This document shows positions 38,701 through 51,642 of a stretch of 64,000 nucleotides of DNA, piece after piece. The notes beneath the pieces were generated by a model. That model saw only the letters and a list, made by a program, of their open reading frames with translations. It was not told the DNA's origin and ran no database searches. Every line of letters begins with the position of its first letter. Position 1 is the first letter of the stretch. Source of the DNA: Nymphaea colorata (lineage: Eukaryota). The stretch covers positions 17,236,001 through 17,300,000 of the forward strand of contig NC_045138.2 of the NCBI RefSeq assembly GCF_008831285.2, given 5' to 3'. The translations under genes were made by a program, and so were the position numbers.

Positions 38701-41700
38701 GACGTGCATGGCACACCAAGATAATTATGGTAATTGTAAAATCCTGCAATAGCCTTATAATAACAATAATAGTTAAAGCTTTCACTGATGATCTATGAAC
38801 TTGATATAATTTATTTCATCTGTAAGATAGTTAAATGGTGATATAAAAAACCTGATGTTTACTCCCAGAGTAATATATGATGATCCATAAGCCCGAACAC
38901 ACAATACTTCCTCCCCACAGTCCACGACATCAAACTTATAATTACCCTGCAAAAAGTCCAAATAATTACGGACAATGCTAAAGAAAAAACAATTCCAAAT
39001 AGAATACATTAGCATAAGAAGCACAGCTGGTAGAAAAATAAAAAGAATCACCACTGATGAGGTGTGCTAGAAATTCAGAAACTCAATATTCTTTAGACCC
39101 AGCAATTTCCAAGAACCAGTTTGCCGTAGTTGACAACTCTAAATACCATTGAGGAGACTATGCTAAATCAGGTTTTGAGAAACTGGATTCTGTTAACAGC
39201 TAGATGTCCAAGAGAAGTAAAAAGTTGAAAACTTTCAGATACAGTCCTACGAAAAATCACATTTGACGCAGTCATGCAAACAAGTAAAATGGCTCGTGGA
39301 AGCAGTGAGATGAGAAAGAAAAAGAGAACTACTCATGCCAAGGACATTTACTCAAATAAGGTACACAGTAACATTCAGAAATTACCTTTGATAAGTCTGC
39401 CTGAGATTCATCAGACAAGCATCTAAGTGTAACATCACCGGCAGTCTGACAAATTTGACTATTATTGCTAAGCTCTTTATGAACTTCAAGCAAGCGCGTA
39501 TGCCTGTTGCAGGTAATAGCCCTTAACAGCAATTGCTCTACATCAATGCAATTTTGATCAAGTGAGAACTCTGCTTCATTCCCTGTCATGGGGTCAATGA
39601 CAAAGGTGCTATGAGAACATCTTATCTGCAGATCTTGGCCAGGCTCAATCTTAATGAAAGGTGATAAACTTGAATCAGTCCCCCCACTACTTCTATCAGG
39701 ATCTAACCAGTACATAATTCTTAAACCAGGGGTTCTTTGGCCTGAAGTAGCTGATTCAGGTTCGGCATCCTGAGGTAACTGAACATGCCCACCTAGTCCT
39801 CCTGCTCCATCAGAGATGAGATCAAAGCGAATTGCATCTTTCCACCTACTCTGTCGAAGTATTTGGAGTTGTCTTATATTGGTGTCCATCACAAGTGTAA
39901 TACAGAATTCATGAAGGATAGAGTATAATGTCATAAATGGATTCTCTGCAGCAGCCATTCTGCGCTCCAACTCATCACCAAAAGCATATCTACGCGATTC
40001 CTCAAACTTAACAAGCCCATTTTTGTCACCTACAAGAAGCTCCAAATGCAATATCCTCCACATCGATAGATATCCTCGATATCCCAGAGTAAGCATCACC
40101 CTAAATTCTCCATCAACACAAAGTTGTGCAGTCCCATTAGATACTGTAACTTTAGAAATTTCCTTTGGCAGCAATAACTCCAGTAATTTTGACCTCAGAA
40201 GTGTGTCTAACTTTAGCAAAGCAGGTTTTTTCTGCTCCTCAGGAAGCACAATTTGTTTGCCAATATCCTCAATGCATTTTGGCAAACGCTGATACGTTCC
40301 AGTAAGAAGAACTTCAATAGCTGATGGAACATCATATATAGGGGCACGGGCTTGTTGCAATCCTTCATGTGTGAAGAACAAATAATCTGCAGCTTGGGTA
40401 AAGCAAGTATCATGACTTGAAAGAGTTGATGCAAGTTGTTGACAATATTGGACCAACGGGATCTGAAAAAACATAAATTAGAGCATTTAATAGAAGAACC
40501 ACGATTGCATATAGTAACTATAAATTCAATGACAAGCCCATTGATCAATAATAGACTACCTTAGTTTCACAACAACACTGCAGTTTGCAGTGCTAAGACG
40601 CAAGTGCCTTAAAAAGTTAACACTCAGGCATTCTAAAGCATTAGTATCCAGATAAATGTGTGGGATTCCAAACCTTTTCACGGAAGGACATGGCCACAAG
40701 CTTCTACTTGTCCTTATTGAACATGAAAAAAACTTTGCATAGATATTTTTTTGTGTACCTTATGAACTTTCTCTTCCTATGAAATTTTCTTCCACAAGGC
40801 TCCACTGTCTCCACACTTTCATACTCACTTTTTTTGTTTCCCATCAAACATGAAAGGAATTTATTATGGGTAGAAATATTTGAAGAAACAAAATGTTTCT
40901 TTCCTCCAAAGTTTTACCTCTTCACAACATCTTATCCAATAATCAGATGAAATCTATGATGCCTCTGGAACTGATATCGATTGTCATTGGACCTTTGTTG
41001 GCGTTGAGTAAATGGAAATTGAACAGCTGAACATTTTAAAAGTCCTAAATATGCTACAGAAAGGGTGTACGTGAATTAGTTTGCAATTGATGAGGGATTG
41101 AGCAAATTCATTCCTAACTTTACATCCCTATCCTTTAATTAACAATTCCTAAGTGGTCTAAACATAAATAACTATATATATATATATATATATTTATTTA
41201 TTTATTTATTTATTTATATAATCCATGCCTAGTTGCCTACAACTCCAACAAGATCAAGCTCAACTGCAGGAGCTTAAAAACAAATCAAGTCAAGGGCATA
41301 GCCGGGGACAAGACCATACTTCGGATGGTGGCAACCACTAATGCAGTTAAACAACTGTCTAGGAGGTATCTAGGATTTTTTTTTAATGTTTTAAGACATT
41401 GAGAATGCTTTCTTTTCTTCTTTTTTTGATTTTAATGTTTTAAGACATCAAGGAAACCTGCTTCTTTTTCAAGTTCTTTAAATAATGCAGGTTACTACAA
41501 TGTTTCATTGTTCTCAGATTAATCACGTAAACAGTCGTACATCCCGACAAAAGTATTTGAAAAGTCCTTAAAGAAAAGAAAGAAAGCTTCATCAAGCGAA
41601 GTAGCCAAGGTTTAGACAACTATCTAGTTAAGGTTTAGACAACTATCTAGTTACACGCCCTAAAATAAGGCAGTTAACAGCTCGCCAACAAAAGTCAGAA

Positions 41701-42370
41701 ACACCACCTGTGGCTCAAATAAGAAATTAAGCAAATTTAGCAGCAAGAATCATCAGAAACAAGAAAACACCAACTCTGTAACACATTGTACTGATCAATT
41801 AAAGGAAAATAGAAGGTTAAGAAAACTGAATAAAATGCGAAGTAGGAAAAAGAGAGAGAGAGAGAGAGAGAGAAACGGCGCCTTCTCAAGAGAATCGAAT
41901 TCAGCAGCTCAAATTCCAGACCACATAATATCTTACACATAGGAAAGTCCCGCGAATCTAATATTTCGCACAGCTACGCAAGAAAAGAAACACGGCAAAG
42001 CAATCACTAAATCAAATTAAACCGATTCATTTATTTAATTCCGCCAAAAAAATGATGCTTCCGCGTCAACACAAACACTACGGCTGAAAAACATCACGCG
42101 AAGCTTCAAAAAACCAATAAATCGAAACTCCGGACCAAGAAGCAAAGTGAACCACAATCTCCTGACCTGCTGGCACCACTTCGCGAGGACGTGGAGGCGG
42201 AGCATGCGCTGCCGCGTCCGGTTGATGTACTTGAGCAGGCTGATCTTCTTCTCCGAGTCGGACTGCCCCGCCGACCTCTCCACGAGCTCCTTGAGCGAGA
42301 GGAAGGAGTCCTCCGCGGCACGTCGGACCAGCGTGGAGAATTCCACCGTCTGCTGACCTAAGCCCGCCAT
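29715..42370 (-). CDS. MED14: Mediator of RNA polymerase II transcription subunit 14 (STRUWWELPETER)
   Basis: Exons 42370-42167, 40462-39386, 38946-38852, 37006-36832, 36332-35291, 35198-34168, 33119-32002, 30522-29715 splice in frame (~1849 aa). N-terminus MAGLGQQTVEFSTLVRRAAE..RMLRLHVLAKW, QQARAPIYDVPSAIEVLLTG, GDDGGYGGGWVPL, NAAGGAAWLPYCVS typical of plant MED14. Confidence 0.95.
37237..37508. repeat. Tandem duplication, 2 x ~135 bp, in a MED14 intron
   Basis: 37237-37371 and 37372-37508 both run TTCTTGTTTACTTACAAG...GTTGTTGCTGGGCCTCATGCCC with a few substitutions. Confidence 0.9.
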
Positions 42371-43939
42371 CTCCTCCACCGGCCACACTCCTGGCACTCC
42401 GGCCACCTATTCCAGTTCGATCATGAAAGCTGCCGCTCCCTAGGGCAGGAATCCGTCTTTCTTTCGGCGCTGCCCTAGGGCGGTGTTCATCAATTCCCGA
42501 CGAGGAAGAGAAAAAGAGGGCAAAATCGCGCCCCCCCACCCTCTATAACGAACGAGCGAAATGCCGAAGAGGACCGAAAAGCCTCCGCCGTTTCTTTTAT
42601 ACCCGGGAACGTCTAGAGAGAGAACACCGGAAAGGAGATCCAAATCCAAATCCAGATAAATAGAGAGACAGCGAGCGTGTGCATGTGTTCCTTTATAGGA
42701 ACGGATCCAATGCGATCCAATTCCAACGGACCACCTGCTATTTCAGTTTCAGTGTCTACTTTGGGGAGAAAGACGTTGTTCGGTACCCTGTAGGGCCCGA
42801 AACGGAGCCGACGAATTCAACTGTTCCATGTTCAAACTTTTCCGACCAACAAATTGATCGTAGCAAAACCTTATTTATAATTATATAACTTTGTTTCATA
42901 TATTGACATAAATATAACTGTGCAACTGAACAATAATTGTATATATGAGTGATCAAACGTAAGAGAAAATACTTTAAATTAAACTGTATGCATGTATTTA
43001 TACACATATATAGGAACTTTATGTTACTCAATGATTAAAACTTAAAAATTAGTCGCTAAAAAAATATCCGTTGCACAAACATTAGCGACAGCTTATAATG
43101 CGTACACAATGGTCGATAGTGTTTCTAAAAATGATTCATGATACTTTCACCAAATAGATTTTTACTTTCTAAGCATTTGGTACATGACCATATATATATA
43201 TATATAACAATCGAGATCAAAGCAAAATTGCCGCCAATTTTGCTTCAAACGTAGAACCGTCATACAATTTGAAGAATCTCAAAGGAAGGCGCGATTATGT
43301 GTTTTAAGTGAATTTCCATTGACGAGCCTACTTTCTATTGTAACCTTGAATTTAAGGCTCACATTTGTTTTTCTTGATTTGAGTCTCAATTTTGCTACGA
43401 TTCCACAAAAGAGCCTTTGAATCACAACATTTTGGAAGATTTTTATTCACGCTTGTTAAAATGCCTCAAGTCAAAAGTTTGTTCTTTCTGTCTTTTCTTT
43501 TTCCAAAAAAAAAAAGACATCATTGCCATTTTCGTGGTATGGATCATGCAAGCAACAATCTCACGAATGCATTCCTTTGCATTTTGTGGTCATAAAAAGT
43601 AAGTTTTATAGTTTCATGCTTATTTCACCCATATATTTAGACATTTAAATTATTCATTAACATTTAAGAACTACTTATAAGCTTCGCATTAGCGGTAACA
43701 TATACCTCTTATTACGATACAATTAGGAGCATGATTTTTCATTTTGATATATATTCGGAAAATTTGTTTCTTAGTTTAAGTTTTAGTTCGCGTGCTTTTG
43801 CATGACAACCATACGTGTTGAGTAAAACTTATCGTAATTGTTTTGGTTTCGGAAAGGAACTGCATCCGGAGTTTTTCTGTCATTAATTAGGCTTAGTGTG
43901 TTCTGTGTAAGCATCACTAAGGCTCTTCAGGAGCCACCT

Positions 43940-44048
43940 TAGCCTGCATGTACTAGAGTCGAGCTCGGCTGGAGCTACCATTAGCCCAGCTAGGCTTTGC
44001 TCGAGCTCCAGTGCTTAATTAAGCTCGAACTACAGAACTGCAGCCTAG
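43940..44048. mobile_element. Short degenerate relative of the 10235-10629 MITE
   Basis: Ends TAGCCTGCA...TGCAGCCTA with internal GTCGAGCTCGG / CTCGAGCTC / AAGCTCGA motifs. Confidence 0.4.
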
Positions 44049-44170
44049 AGCTTAGTCACACACCGTTTATACTTAAGTACAAAGTGCAACTGAGTTTCGA
44101 ACCATAATTTTTTTTTTAGAAAACCAAACGAACACTTTATTGAACCCATAACATATCATATAACAACGGT

Positions 44171-44174
<4 letters not shown>

Positions 44175-44251
<77 letters not shown>
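44175..44251. repeat. (TA)n microsatellite
   Basis: About 38 uninterrupted AT units. Confidence 0.95.
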
Positions 44252-44253
<2 letters not shown>

Positions 44254-45631
44254 GAATTTATTCTCGCTTAAATTTTAAGGGCATGTTTGGATGACACCCT
44301 CAAAAAAACTTGCCTCAAAAGAAATCAATTTTTGTGAAAAAACTGGTTTTTAGTCTATTTCTAGAGACATTCAAAACATATTTTTTTGTAAATAAATTGA
44401 AATCACCATGATGTTCAGTTCCTTTCAGAAACTAGGTTTTCACCTAATTATCGTTTAACCAAGATTGTGTGATCCAATATAATGAATAATTTAGAAAATA
44501 AGATATGATGGACATTTTTGTCATCTAATATTGATTAACTTGTCTTTTTTCAATGATTCATTAGCTTCAAATGGATAGCTCCGATTACACAGTTGCCTGA
44601 CTTAGCTAAAATCATTTTTCTCTCTCTCTCTCCATATATATATATATATATATATAAATCACTTATATTTCTATCATTTATTTTTTGACATTTACTGGCC
44701 AGGAAATGCTTATTTTTTAGCTTATTTTTCTTAGACCCAAAAAAGGACGAGTTCAACGCTTTTGGCAAAACAGAATTAGTGGATTACCAAAAAAACAGCC
44801 TATCTTGAACGCTTATATGACGTCTTTAATTCAAATTTCTTCGACCATTTTATTTAATTTTTCACACACAAACAGGAAATGCGCAGCTTATTTTTCATTT
44901 TCTTTTTATTACCAAACCAAGAACTAGTTTACACTTGAGATCCAAATAATAACGAGTTCATGGCTTTTGGGCAAACCAGATTGCCAAAAACCAAGATATC
45001 CTGAATTTTATACTTACGAATGAAGAAAAAAAAAAAGATTCTCCCCACGTTACTTTCTGTTTAGATAAACAAAAGTCGGCAAGTTAATAAATTACAAGTT
45101 TTGAGTTTCTGTCACATTCATTTTCTGCTGAATCTGTAAAACCAAAACCGTGAATAATTCATCAAGATGATCATAAAACACGAACTTTATAGCCATGCAT
45201 GCATCCATAGATCATGACAACTAAATATTTCAAAGGCAAACACGAACTTTCAAGATCCAGTTCAGGGTCACAGACCATACCACGTTTGGAGATACAACAG
45301 CGGCACCACAAATAAGAACGGGTTTAGGTTCTTCCTATACAGTTGTATTACGTAACGATATACATCTCTCTACACGGTGTTTCTCTTCATCACATTATTC
45401 AAGCAAAAAGAAGGGAAGAAGAAGGGAAAACATTACATCATGATCAAAGGCCTCAAATGCCCCTGTTCATAATGAAATGTCAAACACTTCAAAAAAGGTA
45501 AATACAACAGGGCGGGCATGAACTAAGGCCCCCTCCATGGCCATTCATGATGCATGGGGGAACACCATGTTCGAGTCAAACTGCAAATCCCACAGAGAAC
45601 TCCAGTACCAGTTTGATGTGATTCATCTAGT

Positions 45632-45786
45632 TCAGGTGTGGGAAGCACCTGAACTCAGACCCCTGGCTTCTGATCCTTTCATGATCCTCAACTTCTTGCA
45701 AGAAGAGATGAACATCCTGAACGAGAAGAAAGAAAAAAACATAAGATCTTGTCCCATAAAACTAGGCCCAGATGAGACGGAGATTT

Positions 45787-45817
<31 letters not shown>

Positions 45818-46945
45818 CCCAAGGGACATCTCCAACCAACATCCAGTCTCCATCTTTATCTTCATAGGTTGGCACATATTCAGACCCATCTCTGTTTGCA
45901 AATTCACCTGATAAGGCAACGGAACACAGGTTCAGCAGAAAAATCAGAAAACTTTCATGGAATCAAGGAGTTCTATGCTGACAGGAAGGCAGCCATGGCC
46001 ACAACAGGTAAGAGCTATTTCAGAACATACCCATGGTGAAGCAGCTAAACATCTTCTCCAAGGCCTTGAGTAGATCTTGGTAGTCACTGTATGTCTTGAG
46101 ATCTATCTTCCTCAGGTAGGGAGCCCCATCCATGCTTACTTTTACAAGCATCCCTGGTGTCTCGGCTTCATTCTTCTTTGAGATACTTGAAACGTTTAGG
46201 TTGTTCTTCCTGTATGACCTGATTGGTGGCCATCCTACCACTTGTGCCCTGTCAAAACCAAATTTTAAACAAACTAGTCTCAGATTCATTGTCTAAAATC
46301 ACTACAATCAGGACTCCAAGGTACTGTACATTATAATCGTACAACATTTCTAGGCTGACGAGCTTGGCATGCGGAAAAAGAGAAAGAAAGCAAATATGAC
46401 CAAGTTTCGGAACATCTTGAAGAACATGAACAAGTTCATGAACTTGATAGTGTTTTCTGAAAAATGTTTTCAACAGCTGCACATATTTCTGTGATGGAAA
46501 GCGCAGCTGTGAACTTCTATTGTTCGGTTCATTAAAGCACGTAAATTTTTTCTGCATATTGATATGGAGTCTTTGTCTGGCCGGGTTCTAGAACCAGTCA
46601 GAGTACTCCAACATCCAAGTTCCATATGTGGACCTCTGATGTCCCACCACTATTTCATGCCATAACATGGAGCCGGAAAATCCCCCTCCCCACCGGATTC
46701 CGGCAAGTAGAGGAATATGAACCAGTGACTTACTTGGCAGCCGGGGCGCTCTCCTTGCCCAGGGACTCCTTTTCGTCTTGCAGACCGTCGTTGGTTACAC
46801 CAGAGACAACATCGGAAAACGCTCTCTTGTTGATCTTGGACGATGCAGTTGTCGCTGCTGCCTTCTCCATTACATCGCTCCCCGGCAACCCCAATCTCAA
46901 CTCCGTCGCCTCAAGGTCACAGTGGTACCTCGCGGATTTCTCCAT
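45632..46945 (-). CDS. Aux/IAA auxin-responsive repressor (IAA3/IAA4/AUX22-like), paralog A
   Basis: Exons 46945-46734, 46248-46031, 45907-45817, 45716-45632 (201 aa). Domain [12 protein letters not shown], degron [16 protein letters not shown]1 [16 protein letters not shown] and [17 protein letters not shown]. Confidence 0.96.
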
Positions 46946-47254
46946 CTTCCGGCGTCTTTTCCGGGCTCTTCCACTGCTTGCAGGTCAACAAACCTTCCAA
47001 TCTCCTCAAATCTCAGCTGTTTACTGTCCCTTTCCAACCTCAGCCAACTTTCCTCTACTTTCCAGGCACACCAACAAACTCTGCAGTCCCAGTTGCCAAT
47101 ATCGAACGGAGAAAGCTCGCAGTAGACTACAAAGGAAGCAGCGGCGAGTGTCGACCTTTCTTCCCTGCTAGCGGCTTGCTAACCGATGCAAGAGAACTTC
47201 AAAGGCCAAGAACTTTCTTGGTTTGTGCAATGAAGATGGTGAGCACCATGAAAG

Positions 47255-47700
47255 CAACTGATTTTTATAAAAGAAGGAATCAAACCAAGAAAAGAGAGAG
47301 AGAGAGAGAGCATGAATTGATCATGATAGCCACCAAGAGAACAGATGGGGACACCAACAGCTTGGCCTGGGGGAGATTGCCTGTCTGGGGAGGGACAGGC
47401 CCCAGTGGCTCGAATCTCTTTCAATGGTGCTTTGATCCAACGGCTGAGGACCCTTCAGCGGCCAGATGGTGGCCGATCGCAGTCGTCGGTCGACAGCCCA
47501 TGTGGACAAAGTGGCGTCGGTGGCCGTGTGCGGGTGGGGGCACCTTCCATGTGAATCATTGGGGAAAAAATTAAGGAAATAAAAAAAATAAATTCATAAT
47601 AAAAAATAAGTGGGAAAAAACCCATAATAATTAATTTTTTTTTTTGAAAGAGAATCGTCCACACCCACATGGCATGTGGGCATAATGCGAGGCAAGGCCA
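47255..47700 (-). promoter_or_regulatory. Proximal promoter of Aux/IAA A: TATA, GA tract, TGTC-core AuxREs, CACATG palindrome
   Basis: TATA-like at ~47265; TGTCCCCAT (rc 47345-47353); TGTCTG-N4-GGGACA (47382-47397); CCCACATGGCATGTGGG (~47665-47681). All collinear with the paralog promoter. Confidence 0.7.
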
Positions 47701-48461
47701 TTGGTGGTTGCAGAAGCATAAATATTGTTTAATGGCACCCCAGGTGCTTAACTTTAGTCTTCTCTTAGACCAGCACCATTAAAGTTAACATCTTTTAACA
47801 CTACGCACTGTAAACTATGAAGATCTCGCATTCACAAGACGATCATAATAAAACCTAGAGATCAGAAACAGGGCAATTGTGTCGGTAAATTATGGAAAAA
47901 AGAATTGTTTAAGACCAATGTGTTTGATGGAAGAATGAGAACTTGCTAGGTCCCGTCTTTCTGAATTAATTCCTTATGCGAGCCTGAATTAAGCTGCCAA
48001 TGGGAAATGAACTTGGGTTTTACTTCCGTCCAAAATTTTAGTAAATTAAAAATCTCCACATGACACGTCTTTTCTGAGCAAAATGAATAGGAATTAAACT
48101 CCAAAACGAAAAAAAGAGAAACAGAAAACAGGAAAGCATGTCCTGATTAGAAAAATCGATGTTAGATTGAGCTTTTAATTTACGGTTTCTAGTGAGCAGT
48201 GGCCTCATGAAGGAATTTGGTATAGAAATGAAGGTGCAATTTGGGAATCTGGTGGAAGCTTGACGGCTAAATGAAATTCTCTCTCATTAATATCGACTCG
48301 GCGTGAGAATGGGAGCAGCTTTATTATGAATTCGATCTAGTGAATTCCAGCTTTGACTGATATTGGTTGTTGTTTAGCTTTACCCAGAGTTGGGTGGACC
48401 ACTAATTCTTTGTCTGATCTTCTTGTAGATATGCTTGGAGCAAATTGGTTAAAAGTGACCT

Positions 48462-48494
<33 letters not shown>

Positions 48495-51326
48495 GGAGAG
48501 AGAGAGAGAGAGAGAGAGAGAATTGTAGGAGTAAGCATGTTCAAAACAGATTTCTTTATAATTTTTTCTCTCTCAACCAATTTTAACTATCCAAACAGTT
48601 GAATTTCTGCCAAGCATTCAATGAAAAAGTAGAAAGAATTGTTAAATCAGTCGTTTTAAGGATTTAGCTTTTGGTATACCTCTCTTTCTCTCTAGCTATA
48701 TATACAAAGAGCCTATAAAATGAGAATGTATATCAAAATTGAGGGACAAGACGTCCTCTAGATACAAAAATTGGGGACAAGAAGTCCCTTAGTTATAGTA
48801 ACAAACCGCAAGACAAAAGCAAAAGAGAACGTATAAATACAACATACAGAAAAACAAAAAAGAGATAGAAAAAGAGTGGAAGGACGGACTGACATACTCC
48901 GGCGAAGAGAAAGTGCCCCTAAGCGAGAGAGAGAAAGTTTGGCTTACTATTCTGGTTAAAATTGTTGAGTTGATACATCCCTACCAACCTTTGCTAGCTG
49001 TTACATGAGGATGGTATGACAAATGCTAAAATCAATCATTTATATACTTGGCTCATGTGGATCATTGATATGACTTGAAATGCACACACTCTTTCCAAGT
49101 GATTGCAGAAGCAAGTGAGAATCCAATGTTGCACGCAAATCGAAGCAACAAGAAATAAACTGAAGTGGTTGTTTGCTGAAATGGGTAAACCTCACGGTTC
49201 TCAAGTCTGGCCTTTTGTGTAACTTTCAACAGGGTGTTCGATAGAAAATGACTAGGTTCCACAACTTTCTTTTAATTCTCTCTAACTGAGAGAGAGTTTT
49301 TGCATTTTATCTTTAGAAAAGAACTAAATCTTTCACCCAGCCCTTCATCTCTTTAGCATACAAGGCATGTTTTGGTATCTGAGAGTACCATTTTCACCAT
49401 GTTTTAACTCGTACATTAGTGATTCCAACAAAAAACTCAGCGCCTACCAGCCCCCACCGTTACTGGTGTGCTAACCCCAACATTAAAACCATATATACTT
49501 CAATTTTCTTCTTCGCTGTTGTGCTGAAACTAAATGAAAATTCAGGAGGAAATCAAACCGAAGACTCCCCAATGAAGCCTTACTAATGTGAGAAGAAAAA
49601 CTGTAACTCTTATCATTAATTTACGGATCTCTTACATGAATCGTGTTCTTTATTTTTTTCTTCATTCAAATGCTATTCAATGAGCAGGCAGAAAATTAAC
49701 ACTGATGTATACATATATATATAATATATATATATATGAGAGAGATAAAGAGAGAGTATCTTAACTATCAGCAGGCCGCCATTAAAAGCAGAGCGTGGAC
49801 GTCCACGGTTAAAAGCCAGACAAGTTCCTGTCAGGACTTGTCTCGAATTAAAAATTTGAATAGCATCTTGTCAAATTTTCTTCTCTTCCTACAGTGAAGG
49901 TTCCTGTTTGGTCTAAATGTGGAGGTGGCTCCTTGAAAGCTTATCCAACCTCCATTAAAGCTTCTCATAAAGTGAAAAGATACATTCAGTTGAGAGAGAG
50001 AGCGAAAGATGTAATGGCTTTTTGCAGTCATTGTCAATACATAATTACAGAAAAGTTTGGCAGCAGGAAGAACTTTAAAAGCCATGAGAAAATCAAAGTA
50101 AGTGCGATCATCCTTATCTTTAGATGAGTTTGAAGACTAATCTCATAATGACAGGTTTTGTTTTCTAAGGACAGAAAGATTAAGCGGTCGGATTTGACAG
50201 AAACGCTTTTGGTTTATCATCCTCCAATACACACGGGTGGTATACATAAAACTAATAGAATATAAAAACTCATGATAATTACTAAAAGAGAAGATTGACG
50301 GATAGATTCTAACTTAATTAAACAGAATAGTTGTGTTCGGTTAAAAGAAAATAAAAAGGTAATAAGCATTTATTCATATAGTATCAGTTTATATATTTTT
50401 TTCTCAACTATTGATCTGTTTTAGATTGACGGCCCTGGTTAGATGGTGGACGACTCCAGATAATTGGAGTCATCAATCACTCACTCATGCTCAAAGTTAA
50501 TTTTAGATAATAAAAGAACACTTAATTTTGAGGTCGAAACTCAGTAGGCCACCTACAGTTGCTACTCAGAAAGTGTGAAATTCTAAACAAAAGGCTGGTA
50601 CTGCTATATATATATATATATATATTATTGAATGTTGATCTTCACTAATCAGACCGAGTACTATAAATTCATTAAACCCCACTTGTATGAAATAAAAAAC
50701 AAAAAGATTATTTTTCTTTTGGGGGGCGGCAACGCAACCTAATGAATCTCATCAAACCCACCAAACTTGTTCCCCACTTGCATGGAGAAGGCTTTCACTA
50801 ATCAAGTCAGCTAAGTACCTAATCACTTTATAAATCTTAAACCCTGAGGTACAAAATCTGAAAACAAGGAAGAAGTTCTCCACATATTTTAGTTAGAAGT
50901 GTATGATATATAATGACACGAATATGTTAACATAGCGCAAACTATTTTCTATATGAAATTTATAAGAATCTCATACATATTTTAAACAAATGATTACTTT
51001 CTAATGCGTTTTAAGCGTAGCTTCAAAAATGTTGTCTCCCAATTGTCAGCTCTCATTATGTCTTCTTTTTGCTGCTTTTGATTCTTTGGCGCGTTAAGTT
51101 GTCTTTCGGCCGACCAAATTAAGTTTAAAACCAATTAAATCTTCCACCACAATTAAAATTGTTTAAAAATGAACTGAAAATCCACAACGATCACTAATTA
51201 AACATTGTTTAGTTGCAATTGGCTGAGAATCTTTTTTTTTTCCTTTCTTATTCTCCATTTTTAAACAATTTTAAGCCAGGATGCCCTAAAGCTTTATAAT
51301 TGGTACGCCTTCCCAGCCTTGAAAGC

Positions 51327-51642
51327 TAGAGATGTCAATGGATCTGATTCAGATTTGATATTCAAACGGAACTGCTTTACAAACTGCATCGGATTGAAAG
51401 AAAGAAAATCTAGATAAAAAAATCGGATCGAAATTAAAATTTAGAAATGGCATCTGATTGGATTGGAATTAGGTTTTAAACAAATATGCCATCAAATTTG
51501 GATCTGAATTCCAAAACGGATTTGGACGTGAAAATAGAAGTCGGGGTTCGGTTATATTCATATCATGAATTTAAGAATCGTAACCAAATATGGTATTAAC
51601 CTTTCTTCATTTGAATTCGAATAGGATCCATTGACATCCCTA
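51327..51642. mobile_element. hAT-like MITE
   Basis: TIRs TAGAGATGTCAATGGATC / GATCCATTGACATCCCTA (17/18 match); internal (C)GGAT-rich subterminal motifs; TSD not evident. Confidence 0.75.

Noticed and set aside
42371..42406. N-terminal extension MAGVPGVWPVEE of MED14 in the ORF track
   Set aside because: It starts at GTG; the ATG at 42370 matches the conserved MA.LGQQTVEF start.
46671..46704. Small GC-rich hairpin in Aux/IAA A intron 1
   Set aside because: Short, bulged and absent from paralog B; consistent with chance.
46626..47574. 181-aa and 243-aa + strand ORFs
   Set aside because: They are antisense to Aux/IAA exon 1, 5'UTR and promoter in GC-richer sequence, have no recognisable domain, and are not conserved in the paralog.
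48640..48802. TGTTA...TAACA-bounded segment with an internal ~21-bp direct repeat, possible solo LTR
   Set aside because: No target-site duplication and only 5-bp termini; insufficient support.
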